Source of the DNA: Nitrososphaerota archaeon
Lineage (GTDB): Archaea > Thermoproteota > Nitrososphaeria > PSMU01
DNA: 64,000 bases
Direction: 5' to 3'
NCBI GenBank assembly: GCA_040290255.1
Contig: PSMU01000001.1
Span: 288,001-352,000 of the forward strand
Position 1 is the first letter of the stretch; every line of letters starts with the position of its first letter. The translations under genes were made by a program, and so were the position numbers. The notes beneath the pieces are model-generated. The model saw only the letters and a list, made by a program, of their open reading frames with translations. It had not been told where the DNA came from and searched no databases. Shown here piece after piece: positions 56,991 through 64,000 of the stretch.

Positions 56991-59900
56991 GTGTTCATAA
57001 AGCGCGTCGAGCTCCAGGGCTTCAAGTCGGTGGGCCAGCGCCCGCTCTCCCTGCAGTTGGAGAGGGGGCTCACCGTGATCACCGGCCCCAACGGCTCGGG
57101 CAAGAGCAACGTGCTCGACGCCATCGCCTTCTGCCTGGGCGAGTCAAGCCTCAAGAGGCTGAGGGCGAACCGGCTGAGCGCGCTCATTCACTCCTCCGGG
57201 GGCCGGGCGCTGGACCGGTGCCGGGTCTCGGTGACGCTGGATAACAACGACGGCGTCCTGCCCATCGAGGCGAGCACGGTGATCGTGGCCAGGGAGATGG
57301 ATGCGTCCGGCGAGAGCCGCTTCTACGTGAACGGCAGGAGGGTGAGCAAGGGCGAGCTGGAGGACCTGCTCTCCGCGGCGGGGCTCCTGCCCGGGGGGCT
57401 CTGGATGCTGCCCCAGGGCACCGTCACCAGGGTCGCGGACCTGAACCCCGTGGAGAGGAGGAGGCTCGTGGAGGAGCTGGCGGGCCTCGAGAGGTTCGAG
57501 GCGAAGAAGGCCGAGGCGCTGAAGGAGCTCGAGGAGGCGGACCGAAGGCTCGAGTTCCACAGGGGCCAGGTGGGCATCAGGAGGGAGGAGCTGCTGGAGC
57601 TCGAGGCGCAGAGGAACGAGCGGCTGAGGCTCCGGCTGCTGGAGAGGTACCTAAGGCGCCTAAGGGCTTCAAGGCTGGCCCAGGAGCTGCTGGAGCTCAG
57701 CGCCCAGGCCGAGGAGGCCGAGCGCGCGTTGGGCCAGAAGGAGCAGGAGAGGGCGAGGCTCGAGCAGGAGAGGGAGGCGCTGCTCGCCTCGCTGGAGCAG
57801 CTGGAGCGCCAGAGGCAGGGCCTGATGGCCTCGCTTGTCGGGGAGGGCAGGGGCCCGGCCGAGCTGGCCTACCTCATATCGGAGAAGGAGGGTAGGCTGG
57901 GGCAGCTGGAGAGGAGGAGGCAGGAGCTGGCCGAGGAGAGGGCAAGGCTGCAGGCCGGGCTCGAGGACCTGGCCCGGGCGCGGGCCAAGAACCTGGAGGA
58001 GAGGGCAAGGCTCAGGGGCGAGCTGGAGGCGCTGCGCCTAAAGCTGCGGGAGCTCGAAGGGGAGAAGCGCGCCAGGCTCTCACAGCTTAGGGCCGAGGAG
58101 AGGGAGGCGAGGAGGCTGAGCGCCCTTCTGGCGAGGAGGACCACGGAGCAGCAGAGGCTGGAGCAGAGGGCCAGGGCGCTGGCCAAGAGGAGGGATGCGC
58201 TGCTGGTCAGGTTCCTGGCCGAGCAGGAGAGGGCCAGGGCGCTGAGGGAGAGGATACAGGGGCTCGCGAGGAGGGTCCAGGAGGCCAGGGCCACGCAGGA
58301 GGCGCTGGAGAAGGCGCTGGCGGGGCTGGAGGAGCTCAGGGGCGGCGTCCTCAGCGAGGCGAAGCAGGAGAGGGAGGCCCTTGAGCGCCTGCACGCGAGG
58401 TGGGGCGAGGCCCTTCAGAACCTCTCCTTCGCGCAGAGGGCCCTGCAGGAGGGCTATGCGCTGCTGCTCTCCTCCGGCGAGAGGCTCGCGGGGCCGGCGG
58501 AGGCAAAGCTGGAGGAGCTCTATAGGAAGGGGGTCTGCGGGGAATACCTGGGGCGGCTGGAGGAGCTGCTGGGCAGCGCCGAGCCGGCGCTGCTCGCCGC
58601 GCTGGGCCCCTGGCGCTATGCGCATGTCTTCAGGGAGGCCTCGGCCCTCCCAAAGGCGCTCAGGCTGGCCGAGAGGCTCGACCTTCACCCCCTCCTTGCC
58701 TGCGCGGAGCTCGCCCCGGAGCGCCCTGCGCCCTTGCCCGAGGGCGCAAGGGCCTGGGTGGCGGAGCTCGTGGCGAACCCGGAGCTAAGGGGGCTCGTGC
58801 ACAGGCTCTCCGGCGGGGCCCTCCTGGCGGAGGACAGGCGCTCGGCGCTCGCGCTGGCGCGGGAGGGCTACAGGGCCGTGCTTCAGGATGGGGAGCTCTA
58901 TGAAGGCGGCGCCAGCGGGGCCCTTAGGCCCTACCTGCTGCCCCCCTCCCAGGCAAGGGCGATCACGTCGGACCTCAGGGCCCTGCAGGAGGCGGTGGGC
59001 CGGCTGCTGAACAGGGCGCTGGAGATGGTGAGGGAGGGCACGAGGAGGCTGGCCCAGCTGGAGAGGAAGGTGGCCCGCCATGCCTCGCTGGAGGGGGAGG
59101 CGCTGGCCTTCAGGAGGGTGGGCAGGAGGGCCCTCAGGGCCCTGGCCCAGCTCGAGGCGCTGCGCGCCAGGCTGGAGGAGAGGCTCGCCGCCCGCGAAAG
59201 GGCCCTGGGCCAGCTGAAGCAGGCGCTTGAAGCCCTCACGGCCAAGGGGCAGGAGCTGGAGGAGCAGCTCAGGGGCCTGACGCTGCCCGAGCTCCGCGAG
59301 GCGCTGCAGCGCTCTCAGGCTCGGCAGGCGCAGCTGAGGGATGAGCTCTTCGAGGTGGAGAAGCGGATGGGCGAGTGGAGGGGCCGGCTCCCGCCGCTGA
59401 GGGCCGAGCTGCGCACGCTGCTGGAGCAGGCGCGGCGCATAGCGGAGCAGGCCAGCCAGGCGAGGCTGAGGCTAAAGCAGCTGGCCCAGGAGCTGCCCAG
59501 GCTGGGGGGCGAGCTCGAGCAGGAGAGGCAGGCGCTCGAGGCGCTGGCCAAGGAGAGGGAGGCCCTGATGGAGAAGCTGAGGTCCATACAGCCGACCCTG
59601 GATGCCCTGGGCCAGGAGAGGGAGAGGCTGGAGCTGCGCAGGAGGGAGCTGGAGGCCTCGCTCAGCAGGCTGGACAGGGAGGCCTCGGCGCTCAGGGGGC
59701 AGCTGGCCCGGCTGGAGGCCAGAAGGGAGGCGGCCTCTCGCTCGCTGCAGGAGCTGGGCGAGGAGGCGCGCCCCCTGGCCGGCGAGGAGCTGGAGCGGGC
59801 GCTCTCGGAGCTGGAGCAGGAGAGGGCCTCGCTGGCCGAGCGCGTCAACATGGCGGCCGAGGAGGCCTATGAGGCCCTCTATAGGGGGTACCGCTCGCTC

Positions 59901-60449
59901 TCCCAGAGGCTTAGGCAGCTCGAGCTGGAGAGGGAGGCGATCGTGAAGGCGATAGAGGAGGTCGAGGCCCAGAAGAGGGGCGAGTTCCTGAAGCTCTACA
60001 CGCGCCTGAACGAGGGCCTGCAGCAGGTCTTCGCCGAGCTGACGGGGGGCACGGCCCGGCTCGAGCTGGAGGACCCCGAGACGATCTTCAACGGGGGGCT
60101 CTTCCTGCTCGCCTCCTTCCCCGGCAAGGATGAAAGGGAATCGAACGCGCTCAGCGGGGGCGAGAGGACGGCCGCCGCGCTCAGCTTCTCGCTGGCGGTG
60201 CAGGCGCTGAGCCCCTCGCCCATCCTCGTGCTGGACGAGGTGGACGCGCACCTGGACTACCAGAACGCGCAGCGGTTCGCGGAGGTGCTCGCGCAGAGGG
60301 CCCGGCAGAGGCAGATCATCGTCACGAGCCTCAGGGAGTCGATGGTGGCCGCCGCGGACTTGGTCTACGGGCTGTACAGCGTGGATGGCCTGACCAGGGC
60401 CGTGAGGTACAGGCCGCTGGTGGGGGTGAAGAGCGCTGGAGGGGGCTGA
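56991..60449 (+). CDS. smc: Chromosome segregation ATPase SMC
   Basis: GFKS, GPNGSGKSN, long coiled coils with a hinge, LSGGE and LDEVDAHLD; start 56991 (alternative 56973). Confidence 0.93.
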   Translation: MFIKRVELQGFKSVGQRPLSLQLERGLTVITGPNGSGKSNVLDAIAFCLGESSLKRLRANRLSALIHSSGGRALDRCRVSVTLDNNDGVLPIEASTVIVAREMDASGESRFYVNGRRVSKGELEDLLSAAGLLPGGLWMLPQGTVTRVADLNPVERRRLVEELAGLERFEAKKAEALKELEEADRRLEFHRGQVGIRREELLELEAQRNERLRLRLLERYLRRLRASRLAQELLELSAQAEEAERALGQKEQERARLEQEREALLASLEQLERQRQGLMASLVGEGRGPAELAYLISEKEGRLGQLERRRQELAEERARLQAGLEDLARARAKNLEERARLRGELEALRLKLRELEGEKRARLSQLRAEEREARRLSALLARRTTEQQRLEQRARALAKRRDALLVRFLAEQERARALRERIQGLARRVQEARATQEALEKALAGLEELRGGVLSEAKQEREALERLHARWGEALQNLSFAQRALQEGYALLLSSGERLAGPAEAKLEELYRKGVCGEYLGRLEELLGSAEPALLAALGPWRYAHVFREASALPKALRLAERLDLHPLLACAELAPERPAPLPEGARAWVAELVANPELRGLVHRLSGGALLAEDRRSALALAREGYRAVLQDGELYEGGASGALRPYLLPPSQARAITSDLRALQEAVGRLLNRALEMVREGTRRLAQLERKVARHASLEGEALAFRRVGRRALRALAQLEALRARLEERLAARERALGQLKQALEALTAKGQELEEQLRGLTLPELREALQRSQARQAQLRDELFEVEKRMGEWRGRLPPLRAELRTLLEQARRIAEQASQARLRLKQLAQELPRLGGELEQERQALEALAKEREALMEKLRSIQPTLDALGQERERLELRRRELEASLSRLDREASALRGQLARLEARREAASRSLQELGEEARPLAGEELERALSELEQERASLAERVNMAAEEAYEALYRGYRSLSQRLRQLELEREAIVKAIEEVEAQKRGEFLKLYTRLNEGLQQVFAELTGGTARLELEDPETIFNGGLFLLASFPGKDERESNALSGGERTAAALSFSLAVQALSPSPILVLDEVDAHLDYQNAQRFAEVLAQRARQRQIIVTSLRESMVAAADLVYGLYSVDGLTRAVRYRPLVGVKSAGGG

Positions 60450-61089
60450 GCGCGAGCCGCAGCTGCCCCCCCTCCTGAGGCTGCTGCTCAACCCCCTGCT
60501 GCTGAGGAGGGTGAGGCCCTGGGAGGTGAACCTGCTGGAGGCCCTGCAGCAGCTGAGGAGCTATGCGGAAAGGCTGGGCCGCCCGCTGCCGCTCTACGGC
60601 CTGGCCGTGCGCTCCTCCTCGCTCATCTACAGGCTGAAGGTCGAGACGCTCTTCGAGGAGCCGGCCAAGAGGAGGGCCCCGCCGCGGGCCTCTTCGCTGG
60701 CCCCCCCGCCCATCCTGGACAGGCTGTCCATGCCCTTTAGGAGGGAGCCCGCGCTCGTGAGCGTGGAGGAGCTGCTGGCCGCCCTGGAGGAGCTGCTCAG
60801 GGAGGAGCCCTCGGCCCCCCAGGCCCCGCGCGCCCTTGAGCCCCTCGAGCAGCCCCAGCCCCAGGAGCTGCTCTCGGCCTCGCTCGCCCGCCACCTGCAG
60901 GAGCTGAGGCTTCGCATCCTGGAGCTCTCGGGCGTGAGGGGCGAGCTGCTCTTCAGCCAGCTCGTGGCCGGCCTAGGGGCGCAGGAGGCCGCCAGGGCCT
61001 TTCTCTGCCTCCTCTTCCTGGCCCAAGAGGGCGCCGTGCTGCTGGAGCAGCAGGAGGAGGAGATAAGGGTCGTGCCCGTGGGCGCATAG
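60436..61089 (+). CDS. scpA: Kleisin ScpA (probable CTG start)
   Basis: PW.V.L, SS.IYRLK, V.V.EL..AL and F..LLFLA..G...L.Q; lies between smc and scpB. Confidence 0.8.
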   Translation: MEGAEREPQLPPLLRLLLNPLLLRRVRPWEVNLLEALQQLRSYAERLGRPLPLYGLAVRSSSLIYRLKVETLFEEPAKRRAPPRASSLAPPPILDRLSMPFRREPALVSVEELLAALEELLREEPSAPQAPRALEPLEQPQPQELLSASLARHLQELRLRILELSGVRGELLFSQLVAGLGAQEAARAFLCLLFLAQEGAVLLEQQEEEIRVVPVGA

Positions 61090-61127
61090 GCGGCCGCGGT
61101 TATATAGCTCCGTGCACGCTAAGGGGC

Positions 61128-61631
61128 ATGGGCGGCGACCTGGAGGCGGAGCTGGAGGCCCTGCTCTATGCCACCAGCGTGCCGCTGGGCCTGGATGAGC
61201 TCGCCGCCCACCTGGGCACCTCGAGGAAGAGGGCCGAGCGCGCGCTAAAGGCCGTGGCGCAGAGGCTGAACGCCACGCTGAGGGCCCTGAGGGTGGCCGA
61301 GTACCCGGGCCGTAAGTACATCCTGGAGCTCAGGCCCGAGTTCGGCCGGCTCGCCGCGAAGGTCTCGGGCAGAAGGCTCCTCCCGAGGGCGGTGCTGAAC
61401 ACGCTGGCCTACGTGGCCTACTATCAGCCCATCAGCGCCTCCGAGCTGGCGCTGAAGAGGGGGAGCAGGGTCTATTCCCACCTGAAGGTGCTGGAGGCGC
61501 TGGGCTTCATAGCCTTCAGGAGGGAGGGGAGGAGGAGGCTCTGCTTCACCACCCCGCTCTTCGCGCGCTATTGGGGCCTGAGCGAGGACCCGGAGAGGAT
61601 GAAGAAGGAGCTCGCGAAGGTAAGCCTATAA
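61128..61631 (+). CDS. scpB: ScpB
   Basis: EALLY, L.TLA..AY.QP, RG...Y.H and TT..F..Y.GL. Confidence 0.9.
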   Translation: MGGDLEAELEALLYATSVPLGLDELAAHLGTSRKRAERALKAVAQRLNATLRALRVAEYPGRKYILELRPEFGRLAAKVSGRRLLPRAVLNTLAYVAYYQPISASELALKRGSRVYSHLKVLEALGFIAFRREGRRRLCFTTPLFARYWGLSEDPERMKKELAKVSL

Positions 61632-61654
61632 AAGGGCTTCGCGGGCGGCCGGGC

Positions 61655-62041
61655 ATGGCCAGGAACATCCTCAAGCGCCGCCACACGGGGGCCAAGCCCA
61701 AGCCCTTCAGGGGCAGGAGAAAGCATGAGAGGGACAGGCCCCCCATCCTGACCCGGCTGGGCCCCCTGGAGGTGGTGAGGAGGAGGGCGAGGGGGGGCTC
61801 CTTTAAGCTGGGGCTGAAGAGCGCGGACTTCGCCAACGTGTACGATCCCGAGGCCAAGGCCGTAAAGAGGGCCAAGGTGATCAGGGTGCTGGAGAACCCC
61901 GCGGGCGGCGACCTGCAGAGGATGGGCATCATCACCAGGGGCGCCATAATAGAGACCGAGCTGGGCAGGGCAAGGGTCACCTCCAGGCCCTCACAGCATG
62001 GCGTGCTGAACGCGGTCCTGCTGCCCAAGGAGGGGGCGTGA
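61655..62041 (+). CDS. rps8e: 30S ribosomal protein S8e
   Basis: R..TG......R..RK.E, R.RGG and G.A.VTSRP.Q.G. Confidence 0.95.
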   Translation: MARNILKRRHTGAKPKPFRGRRKHERDRPPILTRLGPLEVVRRRARGGSFKLGLKSADFANVYDPEAKAVKRAKVIRVLENPAGGDLQRMGIITRGAIIETELGRARVTSRPSQHGVLNAVLLPKEGA

Positions 62042-62343
62042 AGGACTACGGCCGCTATATCATATGGCTGGACTACCTTGACTCAAGGCTCAGCAGGGCC
62101 CAGGGCCGGCGCCTTCAGGTGAGCCGCTGCGTGCCCGCGCCCACGCTGGAGGAGCTGGCCCAGGCGGCGAGGGCGCTGGGCCTGGAGGCCGAGGCGCAGG
62201 AGGCCCGGCACCCCCGCCGACACCGCGTGAGGTCGGGCTATATCTCGGTGAAGAAGCCCGGCATGGGCAAGGGCCGGCTGCTGCAGGCCCTGGCCCAGGA
62301 GCTGGCCAGGATGAGGGGTGAGCGGGCAAGGCGAGGAGGCTAG
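62038..62343 (+). CDS. srp19: SRP19
   Basis: IW..Y.DS..SR..GR, P.L.E...AA..LG and HPR. Confidence 0.92.
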   Translation: MKDYGRYIIWLDYLDSRLSRAQGRRLQVSRCVPAPTLEELAQAARALGLEAEAQEARHPRRHRVRSGYISVKKPGMGKGRLLQALAQELARMRGERARRGG

Positions 62344-62578
62344 GCCGGTGGGCAGGGCCCTTCACGTGGCCCACAGCGGCGCGCTCATCGTCAAGCTTCA
62401 GCGGCCCGTGCCCGTGGGGGCGGTGCTGGTGGATGAGCGCGGAAGGCCCGTGGGGAGGGTGACGTCGCTGCTGGGCCCCGTCGCGTCGCCCTACGCCTCC
62501 GTGAGGGTGATGACCGATAGAGTTAAAAGGGTGCTGGGCAAATACTTGTATCTCAAGCCAGGCTTGGCCCAGGGGTGA
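62318..62578 (+). CDS. gar1: H/ACA RNP protein Gar1
   Basis: G..LH...SG, G...G.V....GPV..PY. Confidence 0.88.
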   Translation: MSGQGEEARPVGRALHVAHSGALIVKLQRPVPVGAVLVDERGRPVGRVTSLLGPVASPYASVRVMTDRVKRVLGKYLYLKPGLAQG

Positions 62579-63516
62579 AGGGCTTGTTCAGCTCTGAGGA
62601 GAGGCCGAACTCATGCCCCTTATGCAAGCGGCCGCTCGTGGGCGACCCCGAGAAGGGGGAGGAGGTCTGCCCCCAGTGTGGCATCGTGCTGCAGGAGAGG
62701 CTCGTGGACGCCAGGCCCGAGTGGAAGGCCATCGACCTGGAGGAGAAGGAGAAGAGGGTGCGCGCGGGCTATCCGCTCACGCTCACGCAGCACGATTATG
62801 GCCTCTCGACCTTCATACCCACCAACGATGCCGAGATGAGCGGCGTGAGCGCGGAGCTCAGGGGCGATGCCTACCGCCTCTCCAAGTGGCAGCGCAGGAT
62901 CAGGACCACGAGCCCGGAGGATAGGAGCCTCATGGCCCTGCTGAACCGCCTGAACGAAGCGGTCGAGGTGCTGCACCTGCCCGGGCACGTGGCGGAGACG
63001 GCCGCGCACATCATAAGGTCGGCCGTGAAGACGAGGATCGCGAAGAGCAGGTCGGTCTCGGGGATCGTGGGGGCGGCCATCTATCTGGCCTGCAGGAAGT
63101 GCAATGTGAGCAGGATGATGGAGGAGATCAGCGGGCCCCTGCAGATCGACAGGAACCTGCTGGGCTACTATTACCGCTATTTGGTCCGCATGCTCGAGGG
63201 CAGCGCGGTGCCCCTGATCCCCATCGAGAACTACATAAAGAAGGTGACCGATAAGCTGGGCGCGGGCGCGGACGTGGAGCGCCTCGCGATAGAGCTCGCG
63301 AAGCGCACGAAGGACTCGGAGCTGGCGGACGGCAAGTCGCCCATGGGCCTCGCCGCGGCCTACGTTTACCTCTCGCTCATCCTGCTCAGCAAGCCCGTGC
63401 CCCAGAGGGAGGTGGCCGACGTGGCCGGCGTCACGGAGGTGACGCTCAGGAACAGGTACAAGGAGCTGCTGCAGCGCTATACGCTCGTGCAGGTGCTGCA
63501 GAGCGAGGAGCCCTAG
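62575..63516 (+). CDS. tfb: Transcription initiation factor IIB
   Basis: Zn ribbon CPxC..CxxCG, PEW, HDYGLST, G.SP.G.AAA and GVTEVT.RNRY. Confidence 0.95.
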   Translation: MKGLFSSEERPNSCPLCKRPLVGDPEKGEEVCPQCGIVLQERLVDARPEWKAIDLEEKEKRVRAGYPLTLTQHDYGLSTFIPTNDAEMSGVSAELRGDAYRLSKWQRRIRTTSPEDRSLMALLNRLNEAVEVLHLPGHVAETAAHIIRSAVKTRIAKSRSVSGIVGAAIYLACRKCNVSRMMEEISGPLQIDRNLLGYYYRYLVRMLEGSAVPLIPIENYIKKVTDKLGAGADVERLAIELAKRTKDSELADGKSPMGLAAAYVYLSLILLSKPVPQREVADVAGVTEVTLRNRYKELLQRYTLVQVLQSEEP

Positions 63517-63519
63517 CCC

Positions 63520-64000
63520 ATGCGCCTGGCGGAGGCGAGGGCCGATGCCTTTAGGCGCCTAGCCAGGAGGGAGGGGTACCGCAGCAGGGCGGCCTACAAG
63601 CTGCTGGAGCTGGACAGGAGGTTCGGGCTCCTCGCGCCGGGCATGAGGGTGCTCGACCTGGGCGCGGCGCCGGGCTCATGGCTCCAGGTGGCCTCCAGCA
63701 GGGTGGGGCGCGGCGGCCTCGTGGTGGGCGTGGACCTCCTCGAGATAAAGCCCGTGGCCCCGAACGTGATCACGCTCAGGGCGGACCTGCGCGATAGGGC
63801 CCTCCTGGACCAGCTAAGGCCCCATGCCCCCTTCGACCTCATCCTCTTCGATGCATCGCCCAACCTCACGGGCATCGCGGAGGCCGATGCGCGCAGGCAT
63901 GGGGAGCTGCTGCTCTCGGCGGCGGGCCTGACGGCCGGGCTGCTGAGGGAGGGCGGCGCGGGGGTCTACAAGCTCTTCGAGCACCAGGAGCTGCGGGAGG
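63520..64000 (+). CDS. rlmE: RlmE/FtsJ rRNA methyltransferase (3'-truncated by the window)
   Basis: Translated by hand: GYRSRAAYKL, LDLGAAPGSW.Q and D.SPN..G. Confidence 0.92.
   Translation, partial: MRLAEARADAFRRLARREGYRSRAAYKLLELDRRFGLLAPGMRVLDLGAAPGSWLQVASSRVGRGGLVVGVDLLEIKPVAPNVITLRADLRDRALLDQLRPHAPFDLILFDASPNLTGIAEADARRHGELLLSAAGLTAGLLREGGAGVYKLFEHQELRE

Noticed and set aside
57590-59980. Repetitive GAGCTGGAG/GAGAGG sequence in smc, also at 36700-37500
   Set aside because: Coiled-coil codon repetition, not a CRISPR array or tandem DNA repeat
56991-61631. SMC cluster as a Wadjet/MksBEF defence system
   Set aside because: Canonical smc-scpA-scpB followed by rps8e, with no JetD/Toprim nuclease
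1-64000. Mobile elements, inteins, programmed frameshifts or stop-codon recoding
   Set aside because: No transposase or integrase seen; RpoA, RadA, TFB and PyrG are of normal length; recognised genes are uninterrupted

Overview
A very GC-rich, densely packed archaeal core-genome segment with about 68 CDSs and many gene overlaps. I found no rRNA, tRNA, CRISPR array or mobile element. A fused RpoA'/A'' subunit, the uS7 '[10 protein letters not shown]' segment, SMC-ScpA-ScpB and the rps8e-srp19-gar1-tfb-rlmE cluster point to a basal, probably thermophilic Nitrososphaerota/TACK lineage (inference). Contents: the rpoB-rpoA-L30e-nusA-S12-S7-EF1a cluster; a probable cobalamin ECF importer with a DUF4430 binding protein; trpB2 divergent from a TrpY-type repressor with TRP boxes; two acyl-CoA dehydrogenases; two Cys-less thiolase-like proteins and two DUF35 proteins; XPF, UDG, AsnRS, RadA and a RadA/Rad51 paralog; a glycosylated surface protein; nucleotide-metabolism genes; a CoA operon (pok-pps-panB-panE-coaBC) divergent from an AbrB-PhoU regulator; and condensin. 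The most notable items are a probable eL22 ribosomal protein homolog, an EMC6-like membrane protein, the thiolase/DUF35 module, two visible operators, a structured leader before the ECF genes and a small ORF missing from the ORF track. All family calls come from motif recognition by eye; no searches were run. Several start codons were reassigned using TATA or Shine-Dalgarno spacing.
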